Shown: in pieces, positions 47,116-56,691 of the stretch
How the letters are laid out: each line of letters starts with the position of its first letter
How positions within the stretch are numbered: position 1 is the first letter of the stretch
Source: Deltaproteobacteria bacterium
GTDB taxonomy: Bacteria; Myxococcota_A; UBA796; UBA9615
Reading direction: 5' to 3'
Length of the DNA stretch: 64,000 nt
NCBI GenBank assembly: GCA_023954745.1
Contig: JAGSHC010000001.1
Span: 85,672 to 149,671 of the forward strand
Translations under genes and position numbers: made by a program
Notes under the pieces: model-generated
Database searches by the model: none
What the model was told of the DNA's origin: nothing
The model's input: only the letters and a program-made list of their open reading frames with translations

Positions 47116-48072
47116 GTGCATTCTGCCCTTCCCATTCCGTCTGCTCCATCTCGTCACCCCTTCGAAGGTGCGGCGGGGATCCTCGAGAGGGTGGGGAACA
47201 CTCCGCTCGTGCGGCTCTGTCACGTGGCCGAGGGACTGCCCGACGACGTCGAGGTCTGGGCGAAGCTCGAGAGCGCGAATCCCGGGGGCTCCGTGAAGGA
47301 CCGACCGGCCCTCGCCATCGTGTTGGACGCCATCCGTACGGGCCGGCTCAAGCGCGGTCAGCGGATCCTCGATGCGAGCTCGGGGAACACTGGGATCGCC
47401 TACGCGATGATCGGGGCGAACCTGGGCTTCGAGCTCACCCTGTGCCTGCCGAAGAATGCCAACGCGGAGCGAAAGCAGATCCTCTCGGCGTACGGGGTCG
47501 AAGTCGTCGAGACAGATCCGCTGGAGGGGAGTGACGGCGCGATCCGCAAGGCGCGCGAGCTCGCCGTGGACACCGAGCGCTACGCCTACCTCGACCAGTA
47601 CAGCAACGACAACAACTGGCGGGCTCACTACGGGTCCACCGGGCCCGAGATCGTCGCCCAGACCGGCGGGGGCGTGACCCACTTCGTGGCCTCCCTGGGC
47701 ACCAGCGGCACCTTCATGGGCACCACCCGCTTCCTCCGCCAGTGGAGCCCTGCGGTGAAGTGCTACTCGGTGCAGCCGGATTCCCCGTTCCATGGACTCG
47801 AGGGCCTCAAGCACATGGAGACCTCCATCGTGCCGCCCATCTACGACGACACCCTGGCCGATGGAAACATCGAGGCGCCCACCGAAGAGTCGTTCGAGCT
47901 GGTGCGTGATCTCGCCCGCTACGACGGAATTCTCGTCGGTCCCTCCTGCGGCGCAGCATGCTGGGCTGCTCTCCAGGTGGCGCGCACACTGGAGAGCGGA
48001 GTCGTCGTGACGGTGTTTCCCGACAGCGGCGAGCGCTACCTCAGCGAGTCCCACCTCTGGAACGCCCCATGA
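47116..48072 (+). CDS. cysM: PLP-dependent cysteine synthase, CysM (sulfur-carrier-dependent) type by gene context
   Basis: VGNTPL, NPGGSVKDR, SSGNTG, LGTSGT, PDSGERYLS; first gene of the mec-cysO-moeZ operon. Confidence 0.85.
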   Translation: MHSALPIPSAPSRHPFEGAAGILERVGNTPLVRLCHVAEGLPDDVEVWAKLESANPGGSVKDRPALAIVLDAIRTGRLKRGQRILDASSGNTGIAYAMIGANLGFELTLCLPKNANAERKQILSAYGVEVVETDPLEGSDGAIRKARELAVDTERYAYLDQYSNDNNWRAHYGSTGPEIVAQTGGGVTHFVASLGTSGTFMGTTRFLRQWSPAVKCYSVQPDSPFHGLEGLKHMETSIVPPIYDDTLADGNIEAPTEESFELVRDLARYDGILVGPSCGAACWAALQVARTLESGVVVTVFPDSGERYLSESHLWNAP

Positions 48073-48485
48073 CCTTGCACATCATCCCCGAGCAGCTCGC
48101 GATGCTTCATCAGCACGCCGAAGAGGGCTTTCCCCACGAGGTGGTAGGCATCCTCGCCGGTTCGCGGGAGGACTGGAGCGTCACCGAAGTCGTGCCGCTC
48201 ACCAACGAGCGAGCTGACTCCGCGCACAATCGCTACAAGGTCTCGGGCCTGTTGTTGATGCGCGCCGAGCAGGAGCTCGAGTCCCGCGGCCTCGAGGTCG
48301 TCGGCTACTACCATTCCCACCCTGACCACCCCTCGCAGTACAGCGACTACGACCGCGACCACGCCCTGCCGAACATGAGCTACGTCATTGTTTCGGTGAT
48401 GAGCGGGCGGGCCGCGACCACCCAGAGCTGGCGGCTGACCGACGACCGGTCCCGCATGGACGAAGAAGAGCTCCACTCCCTCTGA
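48069..48485 (+). CDS. mec: JAB/MPN (M67) metallopeptidase, Mec-like
   Basis: PHEVVG; YHSHPDHPSQYSDYD (E...HxH...S..D); ATGA overlap. Confidence 0.88.
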   Translation: MTLHIIPEQLAMLHQHAEEGFPHEVVGILAGSREDWSVTEVVPLTNERADSAHNRYKVSGLLLMRAEQELESRGLEVVGYYHSHPDHPSQYSDYDRDHALPNMSYVIVSVMSGRAATTQSWRLTDDRSRMDEEELHSL

Positions 48486-48512
48486 TCAGAGGGTCGAGCT
48501 ACAGGAGAGACC

Positions 48513-48794
48513 ATGAGCGTGTCCGTGATGATTCCCACCGCCCTGCGTTCCTACGCAGAGGGCAACGCGTCCATCACCTGTTCCGGGTCGACCGTGGGCG
48601 AGGCGCTGGCCTCTCTGACGGAGCAGCACCCCGGTCTCGCGAAGCACCTCCGTACGGCGGACGGGAAGCTGCGCAGCTTCGTCAACGTCTACCTGGGTGA
48701 AGAAGACATCCGGTACATGGACGGCGAGGCCACCCCCGTCGCCGAGGGCGCGACGCTGACCATCGTGCCCTCCATCGCTGGAGGAGCCCGATGA
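48513..48794 (+). CDS. cysO: Ubiquitin-like sulfur carrier protein (CysO/MoaD/ThiS family) ending GG-AR
   Basis: IPTALR, FVNVY, DIR, IVPSIAGG followed by two extra residues. Confidence 0.88.
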   Translation: MSVSVMIPTALRSYAEGNASITCSGSTVGEALASLTEQHPGLAKHLRTADGKLRSFVNVYLGEEDIRYMDGEATPVAEGATLTIVPSIAGGAR

Positions 48795-49984
48795 ACGCCC
48801 CCAAGACCGAGCTCCCGGAGCTCAACAACGAAGAGATCGGCCGCTATTCGCGCCACCTCATTCTCCCCAACGTGGGCATGGAGGGGCAGCGCAAGCTCAA
48901 GGGTGCCTCGGTGCTCTGCGTGGGCACCGGGGGGCTCGGCTCACCGCTGGCGCTCTACCTCGCGGCGGCTGGAGTGGGTCGCATCGGGCTCGTGGACTTC
49001 GACGTCGTCGACGCCAGCAACCTGCAGCGGCAGATCATCCACGGCACCTCCTGGGTCGGGAAGAGTAAGGTGGAGAGCGCCAAGGCGCGGATCGCCGACC
49101 TCAACCCCAACGTGCAGGTGGACGTCTACGAGGAGCCACTGACGTCGGACAACGCCCTGGCGATCGTGGAGCCCTACGACGTCATCGTCGACGGCACCGA
49201 CAACTTCCCCACGCGGTACCTCGTCAACGACGCGTGCGTGCTGCTCGGCAAGCCCAACGTGTACGGCTCGATCTTCCGCTTCGAGGGCCAGGCATCGGTG
49301 TTCAACCACGAGGGCGGGCCCTGCTACCGCTGCCTCTATGAGGAGCCGCCGCCTCCAGGCCTCGTGCCCAGCTGCGCCGAAGGCGGCGTGCTCGGGATCC
49401 TCCCCGGCATCATCGGGGTGATCCAGGCCACGGAGATCGTGAAGATCATCCTCGGCGTGGGCGAGACCCTGTCCGGTCGCTTGATGCTCTACGACGCCCT
49501 GGGGATGAACTTCCGTCAGCTCAAGCTGCGCAAGAACCCCAAGTGTGTGATCTGCGGCCCGAACCCGACCGTCACCGAGCTCATCGACTACAACCAGTTC
49601 TGCGGTGTGCCGAGCATGGACGAGGGCGCACGTCCCACGGACGTCTCCCAGACCGACGAGGGGTTCGCCCGGCTGTCCGTGAAGGACATCAAGGCGAAGC
49701 TGGATGCCGGTTGGGCGCCCTTCGTGCTCGACGTGCGCAAGCCGCACGAGGCGGACATCGTGAAGCTCGACTTCGCGGACCTCCTGGTGGCCCACGAGGA
49801 CGTGGCCGCGCACCTGGCGGAGATCCCGAAGGACCGTGACATCCTCGTGCACTGCAAGATGGGTGGACGCTCGGCGAAGGCCAGCAAGGTGCTCGCGGAC
49901 GCTGGCTACGGCAGCGTGACCAACATGGAGGGCGGCATCACGGGGTGGGCGAACGAGATCGACCCCAGCCTGCCCACGTACTGA
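48791..49984 (+). CDS. moeB: ThiF/MoeB adenylyltransferase-rhodanese fusion (MoeZ-type)
   Basis: RYSRH, GTGGLG, SNLQRQ, DGTDNF, CYRC, rhodanese loop HCKMGGRS. Confidence 0.93.
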   Translation: MNAPKTELPELNNEEIGRYSRHLILPNVGMEGQRKLKGASVLCVGTGGLGSPLALYLAAAGVGRIGLVDFDVVDASNLQRQIIHGTSWVGKSKVESAKARIADLNPNVQVDVYEEPLTSDNALAIVEPYDVIVDGTDNFPTRYLVNDACVLLGKPNVYGSIFRFEGQASVFNHEGGPCYRCLYEEPPPPGLVPSCAEGGVLGILPGIIGVIQATEIVKIILGVGETLSGRLMLYDALGMNFRQLKLRKNPKCVICGPNPTVTELIDYNQFCGVPSMDEGARPTDVSQTDEGFARLSVKDIKAKLDAGWAPFVLDVRKPHEADIVKLDFADLLVAHEDVAAHLAEIPKDRDILVHCKMGGRSAKASKVLADAGYGSVTNMEGGITGWANEIDPSLPTY

Positions 49985-50044
49985 GATCGATCGACGGGGC
50001 GCCGTGCCCTAGAGTGCGCGCCCTTCCGGCTCGAGGTTCCTTCC

Positions 50045-50962
50045 ATGTCTGTTCGCTCTGACTTCATCTGGTTCGACGGTGACTTCGTCCCCTATGACGA
50101 CGCCACGGTCCACGTGCTCTCCCACACGCTCCACTACGGCCTGGGAGTCTTCGAGGGCATTCGCGCCTACGAGCAGCCGGACGGTACTGCAGGGATCTGG
50201 CGACTCGAGCCCCACCTGAAGCGGTTCCTCGACTCCCTCAAGATGATGCGCTGGGAGTGTGGCTACACCCACGACCAGCTCCGGGACGCCTGCCTCTCCA
50301 CGCTGCAGCGCAACGGCTTCACCTCGGCCTACCTGCGACCGATCGCGTTTCTCGGGCACGGCGAGATGGGTCTGGGAGCCCGCGGCAACAAGCTGCACAC
50401 CGTGGTCGCTTCATGGAAGTGGGGCGCGTACCTCGGCGCCGAAGGCATGGAGCGCGGCGTGCGGCTCCAGACCAGCTCCTTCACTCGGCATCACCCCAAT
50501 GCAGCGCTGCAGCGCGCGAAGGTCGTCGGTCACTACGTGAACTCGATCCTCGCCCGCTACGAGGCCAACGAGAACGGCTTCGACGAGGCGCTGATGCTCG
50601 ACGGCCACGGGATGGTCGCCGAGGGCACCGGCGAGAACGTGTTCGTCGTGCACGACGGGGTCGTGAGCACGCCGATGGTGACCAACATCCTCCCGGGCAT
50701 CACCCGGGACTCGGTGATGGACATCTGCAAGCACGAAGGCATCGAGGTCCGAGAGACCACCTTCGGGCGCGACGCGTTCTACACCGCCGATGAGGCCTTC
50801 ATGTGCGGCTCAGCCGCCGAGGTGACGCCGGTGCGCGAGCTCGACCGTCGCCAGATCGGCAGCGGCTCCCGCGGCCCGATCACCGAGCGGATCCAGAGCA
50901 TCTACCTCGACGCGGTACGCGGTCGAGTGGACTGGATGAAGGACGACATCACCACCGCGTAG
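50045..50962 (+). CDS. ilvE: Branched-chain amino acid aminotransferase
   Basis: LHYGLGVFEGIRAY, WGAYLG, AK..GHYVNS, EGTGEN, LPGITR, GSAAEVTP. Confidence 0.94.
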   Translation: MSVRSDFIWFDGDFVPYDDATVHVLSHTLHYGLGVFEGIRAYEQPDGTAGIWRLEPHLKRFLDSLKMMRWECGYTHDQLRDACLSTLQRNGFTSAYLRPIAFLGHGEMGLGARGNKLHTVVASWKWGAYLGAEGMERGVRLQTSSFTRHHPNAALQRAKVVGHYVNSILARYEANENGFDEALMLDGHGMVAEGTGENVFVVHDGVVSTPMVTNILPGITRDSVMDICKHEGIEVRETTFGRDAFYTADEAFMCGSAAEVTPVRELDRRQIGSGSRGPITERIQSIYLDAVRGRVDWMKDDITTA

Positions 50963-50994
50963 GAGCCTCGGAACACCTCGGGAGGGGCTGGCCC

Positions 50995-53505
50995 CTAGAA
51001 GCGATAGGTCGCGCTTCCCAGTACCCGAGGGCCCACCACGGTGCCCAGGCAGTGCTCACGGTGGCCGCCAGTGCCGAAGCCGATGAGGTTGTTGCCGCTG
51101 ATCCCCACCTCGAGCTTGTCCTCGAGGAAGCGGAACCCGACGCGGGCGTTGAGCAGCGGGTAGGCGCCGGCCTCGCAGTCATCGACCACCACGTTCCCCG
51201 TGGCGTCGAAGGCCCGCTCGGGCACGTTCACGTTGCTCACGACGTGGAAGTCGACGTTGGCGTCGAGCCCAAAGGGGCTCCGGTAGGTCACACCCACCAT
51301 CCCCATGTGCTGCGGATGACGTCGGTCGAAGTGGTCCGGCGCCGTCAGCCCCGAGTCCTTCTTCTCCTGGTCGATGGTGAGGTTCAAGGAGTAGTTGGCG
51401 CGGATGTCGAGGCCGTCCAGCGGGAACGCGTGTACCTCAGCCTCCCCGCCCAGCGCATGGAAGACGCCGTCGATGTTCTCGAACGTCGAGCTGCCGGCGA
51501 TGAACTGCGAGCCCTGGAGCTCTACGCGGTCCGCGCTCTGCACGCCCCCCAGGGCGATGAGGTTGGAGACGCGCTCGTAGTACGCGTTGACCCCGAAGCT
51601 GATGTAGTCGCTGTCCTCGAAGGTGTAGCCGAGCTCGACACTGAAGATGTTCTCGGGCGCCAGCTCCGTGCTCCCCAGGGACTGCAGGGCCACACCCTTG
51701 ACGTTGGTCGGCACCACGAGGTCCAGGTAGCTCTCCAGGAACGTCGGGGTGCGGAAGGCCGTCCCCGCCGAGACGCGCAGCGACTGGCCGCCAGTGGGCT
51801 TCAGCAGGACCGTGGCTCGGGGCGACGGCGTGAAGCCCACCAGGGGATGCTGGTCGAAGCGGAACCCGAGCACGGCGACCACCTGGGGCACGAAGGTGAT
51901 CCGATCCTCCACGAAGCCGTTGAGGTGTTGCTCGAGGTGGTTCTCGTCGAGGTAGTCCCAGTTGATGGTCTTGAGCCGATAGCCGGCGCCAGCGCTCAGG
52001 TCGTGGCGCACCGGGCCGGTCATGGCGGTGCCGCTGTACAGCGCCTCCACGTCGACGACGTGGCTCTTGACGTCGGTGCCGAGGTCGAGACCTCCCACCG
52101 GCTGCCATGTGGGGCTCGCCTCGGCGTCAAACACGTTCCAGAACGCGCGGACCGACAGGCCCCCGATGTTGATGTCCGTACGTACGTCGGTGATCAGACC
52201 CTGGAGCCAGTAGTCCCGGAACACACCGATGGCGAAGAAGTTGTCGAAGACGTAGGAGAGGCCACCGGACACTCCGATGCTGACGTTCTCCGCCGGCACG
52301 ATGGTCACCCCACCGTTGGCTCGCAGAGCGCGCACCGCGAGGCTGGCGTCCTGGGTCGTCAGCTCGACGTCGGTGCGATCGGGCCCGTACTCCAGCGCAT
52401 ACCGGTCGGTCTGCTCGTAGCCCACGGAGCCCCGCCAACCCACGATCCCCTTGCGACCCGAGAACTGCACATTCCCCTGCAGCGTCTCGCCGGTGCCGCC
52501 GCGAATGGTCACCTGGCCGCCCTGGGAGCTGCCGGCAGCCTTCGTGATGATGTTCACCACGCCGCCAAAGGCGTTTGCGCCGTACAGCGTCGAGCCGGGC
52601 CCCCGGATGACCTCGATGCGCTCGATGTCCGCGAGGTCGATGGAGAGGGTGCGGAAGAAGGTGCCACCGAGGAAGTCGAAGTAGGCCGACCGCCCGTCCA
52701 CGAGCACGAGCAGCTTGTTGGAGATGCGCTGGTTGAAGCCGCGCACCGCGAGGTTCGCGTTCCCCGCCCCCATCGTCAGCGTCGACATGCCAGGCACCCG
52801 CCGCAGGATGTCCGGGATGTTGGTGACTCCGGAGAGACGGATGTCCTCAGCGGTGATGATGGTGATCGCGGACGGCGCGTCGACCGGCGCCGTGGCGGTG
52901 CGCGACGCGGAGACGACCTGCTCTTCGTAGAAGTCGCCCCCCTTCGCCTGAAGCAGCTCGGCCTCGGGTGCATCGGCGAGCACATCGACCTCGGGCTCGG
53001 AGGTGCCCTCGATGCGGTCGGCCAGGGCCTCGAGACGCTCCAGGAGCGCAGCGATCTCAGGAGCCGCGACCATCTTTCCCGATGCCGAGGGGGCTGGAGT
53101 CGTCGTGCCCGTGGGCTCGCTTCCGGGGAGCGTCGGACCCGTCGGTGTGTCCGTGGTGGGGTTGGTCTCGTCCTCCTGCTGACGGAGGAGGACGATCAGC
53201 CGCTCCACAGCCGCGGTGTCGTCCGGTCGCTCGGCGAGGTAGGCCTCGAAGGCCTCGACGGACTTGTCGAACTCCCCGGCATCGGCCCACGCGAGACCAA
53301 TGTTGTAGAGGACCGAAGGGTGCGGGAGCAGGTCGTACGCCTTCTGGAGCAGGAGCGCCCCGTCGGCGTGCGCTCCCTGTTCGATGAGCTCCATCCCCGT
53401 GCGGAAGGCGCGACGCGCGTCATCTCGGGCATCAGCCAGAGCCTGTCCCGGCACGAGCAGGAGCAGGAGCAGGAGGGCGAGCGCACGGAGGGGGCGTGTC
53501 GACAT
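50995..53505 (-). CDS. TonB-dependent receptor with an N-terminal TPR domain
   Basis: Signal peptide ALA|DARDDARRAF; TPR (LLQKAYDLLPHPSVLYNIG); TonB-box-like EQVVSASR; plug ILRRVPG, VRGF, IERIEVIRGPGSTLYGANAFGGVVNIITK; barrel ending ATYRF. Confidence 0.92.
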   Translation of the reverse strand: MSTRPLRALALLLLLLLVPGQALADARDDARRAFRTGMELIEQGAHADGALLLQKAYDLLPHPSVLYNIGLAWADAGEFDKSVEAFEAYLAERPDDTAAVERLIVLLRQQEDETNPTTDTPTGPTLPGSEPTGTTTPAPSASGKMVAAPEIAALLERLEALADRIEGTSEPEVDVLADAPEAELLQAKGGDFYEEQVVSASRTATAPVDAPSAITIITAEDIRLSGVTNIPDILRRVPGMSTLTMGAGNANLAVRGFNQRISNKLLVLVDGRSAYFDFLGGTFFRTLSIDLADIERIEVIRGPGSTLYGANAFGGVVNIITKAAGSSQGGQVTIRGGTGETLQGNVQFSGRKGIVGWRGSVGYEQTDRYALEYGPDRTDVELTTQDASLAVRALRANGGVTIVPAENVSIGVSGGLSYVFDNFFAIGVFRDYWLQGLITDVRTDINIGGLSVRAFWNVFDAEASPTWQPVGGLDLGTDVKSHVVDVEALYSGTAMTGPVRHDLSAGAGYRLKTINWDYLDENHLEQHLNGFVEDRITFVPQVVAVLGFRFDQHPLVGFTPSPRATVLLKPTGGQSLRVSAGTAFRTPTFLESYLDLVVPTNVKGVALQSLGSTELAPENIFSVELGYTFEDSDYISFGVNAYYERVSNLIALGGVQSADRVELQGSQFIAGSSTFENIDGVFHALGGEAEVHAFPLDGLDIRANYSLNLTIDQEKKDSGLTAPDHFDRRHPQHMGMVGVTYRSPFGLDANVDFHVVSNVNVPERAFDATGNVVVDDCEAGAYPLLNARVGFRFLEDKLEVGISGNNLIGFGTGGHREHCLGTVVGPRVLGSATYRF

Positions 53506-55208
53506 CAATAGGGATTGTCCTTGTAGCCCGACGGCACCTTGTCGGGCTTCGCTTCGGGCTTGGGAGTCGGCTTCGCTTCGGGCTTGGGGGTCGGCTTCGC
53601 CTCGGGCTTGAGAGTCGGCTTCGCTTCGGGCTTGGGGGTCGGCTTCACTTCGGGCTGTGGCGCTGCCTTCGCCGCCGGCTCGGTCCGGGGGGTCGGCACC
53701 GCGCTCGGATCGGGTCGGAGGGTCCCCGACCAGCTCAGCGAGCCGTCGTCGGTCGGCAGGTCGACCTCGCGGGTCACGTGGCCGTCGAGGCTGATGCGCA
53801 GTGTCACGCTGTCGGGCTGGTATGGGGCGCGGTACTCGGGGAGGGTGACAGGGGTGGTGCCCAGAGGAACGAACGTCCCGTCGAAGCTGATGTCCACGGT
53901 GGCCCCCGCGGGGTCGCTCGTGACGGAGACAGCGAGAGCGGCGGCGTCCCCTACCTCGATCTCGCCTGGGGCGGCTGCTCCGAGATTCTCTTCGGGGGGC
54001 GGCATCCTGCTGTCCCCGGGCTTGAGCACGAGGAAGGCGATCGCAGCGAGAAGCAGGGCCGCGATTCCGCCGAGGACCGGGAGCACCGGGGAGCGCTTGT
54101 TGCGACGGACCTTCCTTGGCCTCTGGGCGCGGGCTGACGACGTTCCAGGCGCGGCGGCGGGCCGAGGAGCCGGCGGCGGTGGCGCGAGTGGTTCGACCGC
54201 CGGGATGGAGCCGGGCTCCAGATCGAGCTCGAGAGACTCGTTCACCTCGAGGTCGAGGGTCTCGGTGTCTTCCTGTCCAAAGGCGGCGCCCACCGCACGG
54301 AGGGCGATGACGAGCTGCCCCATGGACTGGTAGCGCTTCTCGGCGTCCTTTTCGAGGCACTTCGCCACCAGCTCCTCGAGCTCCGGCGTGGTCTGCGATG
54401 CGGGGTTGAGCTTCCACATCGGCTTGGGCTTCTCGTGCAGATGCGCGTGCAGGACCTGCATGGGATCGCCGTCGAAGGGCGGGTGGCCGGTGATCATGGT
54501 GAACAGCAGGATGCCGAGCGCGTAGATGTCCGCCCGGTGGTCGACCTCCTTGTTCCGATCGAGGGCCTCGGGCGACGTGTAGCGGGGTGAGCCCAGGAAC
54601 TTGCCGGCGAGGGTGATCTCCGAGGCCTCACCGCGAAACTTCACCAGCCCGAAGTCGAGGACCTTCACGAAGTCGAGGTCCTCGTCGCGGTCGACCAGCA
54701 GCACGTTTGCGGGCTTCAGATCCCGGTGGATGATCCCCTTGCGATGCGCCTCGCGCAGCGACTTGCACACCTGCTTGGCCACGTGGATCGCCCGGGCCGG
54801 CGAGAAGGCACCTTCGTGGGAGAGCACCGCGCGGACGTCGTTGCCCTCGAGGTACTCCATGACGATGTAGAGCGCTCCGTCGTCGGCCTGGCCGAAGTCG
54901 TGCACTGTGATCGTGTTGGGGTGTGAGAGTCGAGCCGCCGCGGCTGCTTCGCGTAGAAAGCGCTCGTCGAAGTTCGGATCGTCCTCGAGGGACTCGGGAG
55001 GCTTCAGGATCTTGAGGGCGACCTCGCGGCCGAGAGGCGACTGGTTGGCGAGGTAGACGACGCCCATTCCACCGCGTCCGAGCAGTCGCTGGATGTCGTA
55101 GCGACCTGCGAAGACCTCACCCACGTCGGGCATACGCGTCGGGATCGCGGGGACCTTGCGCAAGGTGTCCGCGAGGGTCCCAAGCCCCTTCGTCCCGTCT
55201 TCAGGCAT
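53505..55208 (-). CDS. Transmembrane Ser/Thr kinase with a periplasmic PEGA domain, KPTPKPEA repeats and a GYKDNPY C-terminus
   Basis: LGRGGMG, VALK, HRDLKPAN, DFG, YTSPE; TM VLPVLGGIAALLLAAIAFLVL; PEGA-like VTSDPAGATV...LGTTP; TGATG overlap with the receptor gene. Confidence 0.93.
   Translation of the reverse strand: MPEDGTKGLGTLADTLRKVPAIPTRMPDVGEVFAGRYDIQRLLGRGGMGVVYLANQSPLGREVALKILKPPESLEDDPNFDERFLREAAAAARLSHPNTITVHDFGQADDGALYIVMEYLEGNDVRAVLSHEGAFSPARAIHVAKQVCKSLREAHRKGIIHRDLKPANVLLVDRDEDLDFVKVLDFGLVKFRGEASEITLAGKFLGSPRYTSPEALDRNKEVDHRADIYALGILLFTMITGHPPFDGDPMQVLHAHLHEKPKPMWKLNPASQTTPELEELVAKCLEKDAEKRYQSMGQLVIALRAVGAAFGQEDTETLDLEVNESLELDLEPGSIPAVEPLAPPPPAPRPAAAPGTSSARAQRPRKVRRNKRSPVLPVLGGIAALLLAAIAFLVLKPGDSRMPPPEENLGAAAPGEIEVGDAAALAVSVTSDPAGATVDISFDGTFVPLGTTPVTLPEYRAPYQPDSVTLRISLDGHVTREVDLPTDDGSLSWSGTLRPDPSAVPTPRTEPAAKAAPQPEVKPTPKPEAKPTLKPEAKPTPKPEAKPTPKPEAKPDKVPSGYKDNPY
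53545..53656 (-). repeat. 24-bp tandem repeat (about 4.7 copies) encoding KPEAKPTP
   Basis: Plus-strand unit ggcttcgcttcgggcttgggrgtc at 53545, 53569, 53593, 53617 and 53641 (partial). Confidence 0.92.
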
Positions 55209-55274
55209 TCAGCCCCGGAGCGGAAGTCAGGCCCACGGTGAATCCGCGCACCCGCCCCACAGCGGTTGATTCTA

Positions 55275-56681
55275 TCAGCGGCGCCGACGCCCAGGCAGCG
55301 CGCGCACGGCCGCGCGTAGGAGGGGGCGTCGTGCCGAGCGCACGAGGCGGCTGGACACCGAGCCGTTGCCTTTGGCTCCGCGGCTGTCCAGCCAACCCAC
55401 GGCGGCGTCGAGAACGGCCGACGGCAGGACGCCGTCCTTCGCTGCACGGTCGGCGACCGGGCCTTCGACCACCCGGGCCCAGTCCTTGCGGAAGAGCGCC
55501 GGGGAGTCGGGGTCGACGCGCGTGACCTCCACCCCATGGGGCTCCACGATGCTCACCATCTGCAAGGTCTGGTCGAGGTCGGCCCGGGTCTCACCGGGGA
55601 GCCCCACGAGGACCTGCAGCCCCAGCTCGATCCCGACAGAGCGCACGGTCGTCGCCGCCCGGTAGACGCTCGCGGGCTCGTAGGACCAGGAGAGCGCCTT
55701 CATCAGGCGAGACGACCCGCTGGCCGCGTCGAGCTCGAGGCGGACGCAGCCAACGCGGGCCAGCCGCTCCACGCTCGCTTCGTCGAGGTTCGCGGGGTGG
55801 GCGCTGGCCTCGAACTCGACCTCGCGGCCGCTCTGCTCGATGGCATCACAGAAGTCGGCGATCCAGGTGGGGTCGAAGAGAAAGACCTCATCGGTGAACA
55901 CGAAACGATCGACGGGGAAGCGATCGAGCAGATCCATCATCTCCGACACGACGTCCGCTGGGGTACGCCGCCGGTAGGGGCGTCCGAACACCGTGTTCGT
56001 ACAGAAGCCGCAGGAGATCGGGCAGCCCCGAGCCGAGCGAATCGCGAGCTGACTCCCGGCGCCGAGGGTGAGCCAGCGATCGAGGTGCACGCGGGTGACC
56101 TCCGGGTCCCGGTAGGGACGCGGGAGCTCTTCGATGGGCACCAACCTCTCGGCGCCGGCGGAGTAGCGCAGGGTCCCGTGCTGATCCATCCAGCAGGTGC
56201 CGGGGATCCGCGAGAGCACGTCGCTGTCGGGGCGGTAGTCGTTGGCGCGGAGGGCCAGCACCAGGTCGAGGGTCGCGTTCTCCCCTTCCCCGAGGACGAC
56301 GGCGTCGGCGCCGGAGCGTAGATAGAGCGAAGGCCGGAGCAGCGCGTCGGGACCAGCTGCGATGACGGTGGCGCCGGCTCGGCGCGCCATGCGGCAGAAC
56401 TGAGTGGCGGTGTCACGGGTCGTGGGGTGGGTGTAGAGCCAGGCAACCCGCGGGCGCAGGCGTGACACTGCCACCTCGAACGCTCCGAGATCGCGCCGGA
56501 AGGTCGAGTCCCAGGTCTCCACCGCTGTAAACGCGCGGTCCGCGATCCAGGCAGCTACTTCGGCGGGCTCCAGTGGGGGCAACGGGTGCACGGCCCCCGG
56601 ACGACGGCGGTCGAGTCCGAGCATGTACGCGTGAGCGAACAGCACCTCGGGCTGGATGACGTACTGGCCGGTCTTGTCCAC
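55275..56681 (-). CDS. B12-binding-domain radical SAM protein
   Basis: RGCPISCGFC (CxxxCxxC); N-terminal cobalamin-binding-like region (AGPD, GEGE); DEVF; GLPGET. Confidence 0.85.
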   Translation of the reverse strand: MDKTGQYVIQPEVLFAHAYMLGLDRRRPGAVHPLPPLEPAEVAAWIADRAFTAVETWDSTFRRDLGAFEVAVSRLRPRVAWLYTHPTTRDTATQFCRMARRAGATVIAAGPDALLRPSLYLRSGADAVVLGEGENATLDLVLALRANDYRPDSDVLSRIPGTCWMDQHGTLRYSAGAERLVPIEELPRPYRDPEVTRVHLDRWLTLGAGSQLAIRSARGCPISCGFCTNTVFGRPYRRRTPADVVSEMMDLLDRFPVDRFVFTDEVFLFDPTWIADFCDAIEQSGREVEFEASAHPANLDEASVERLARVGCVRLELDAASGSSRLMKALSWSYEPASVYRAATTVRSVGIELGLQVLVGLPGETRADLDQTLQMVSIVEPHGVEVTRVDPDSPALFRKDWARVVEGPVADRAAKDGVLPSAVLDAAVGWLDSRGAKGNGSVSSRLVRSARRPLLRAAVRALPGRRRR

Positions 56682-56691
56682 GGAGTGGTGG

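Noticed and set aside
47116-49984. E1-like + ubiquitin-like + JAB trio as a bacterial ubiquitination or anti-phage system
   Set aside because: No E2 or CD-NTase; the E1 has a rhodanese domain and the operon starts with cysteine synthase, matching the known sulfur-carrier cysteine pathway
53545-53656. Regular 24-bp repeats (and the 21-bp repeats at 4421-4480) as a possible CRISPR array
   Set aside because: Head-to-tail with no spacers, in-frame within coding sequence, and no cas genes in the window
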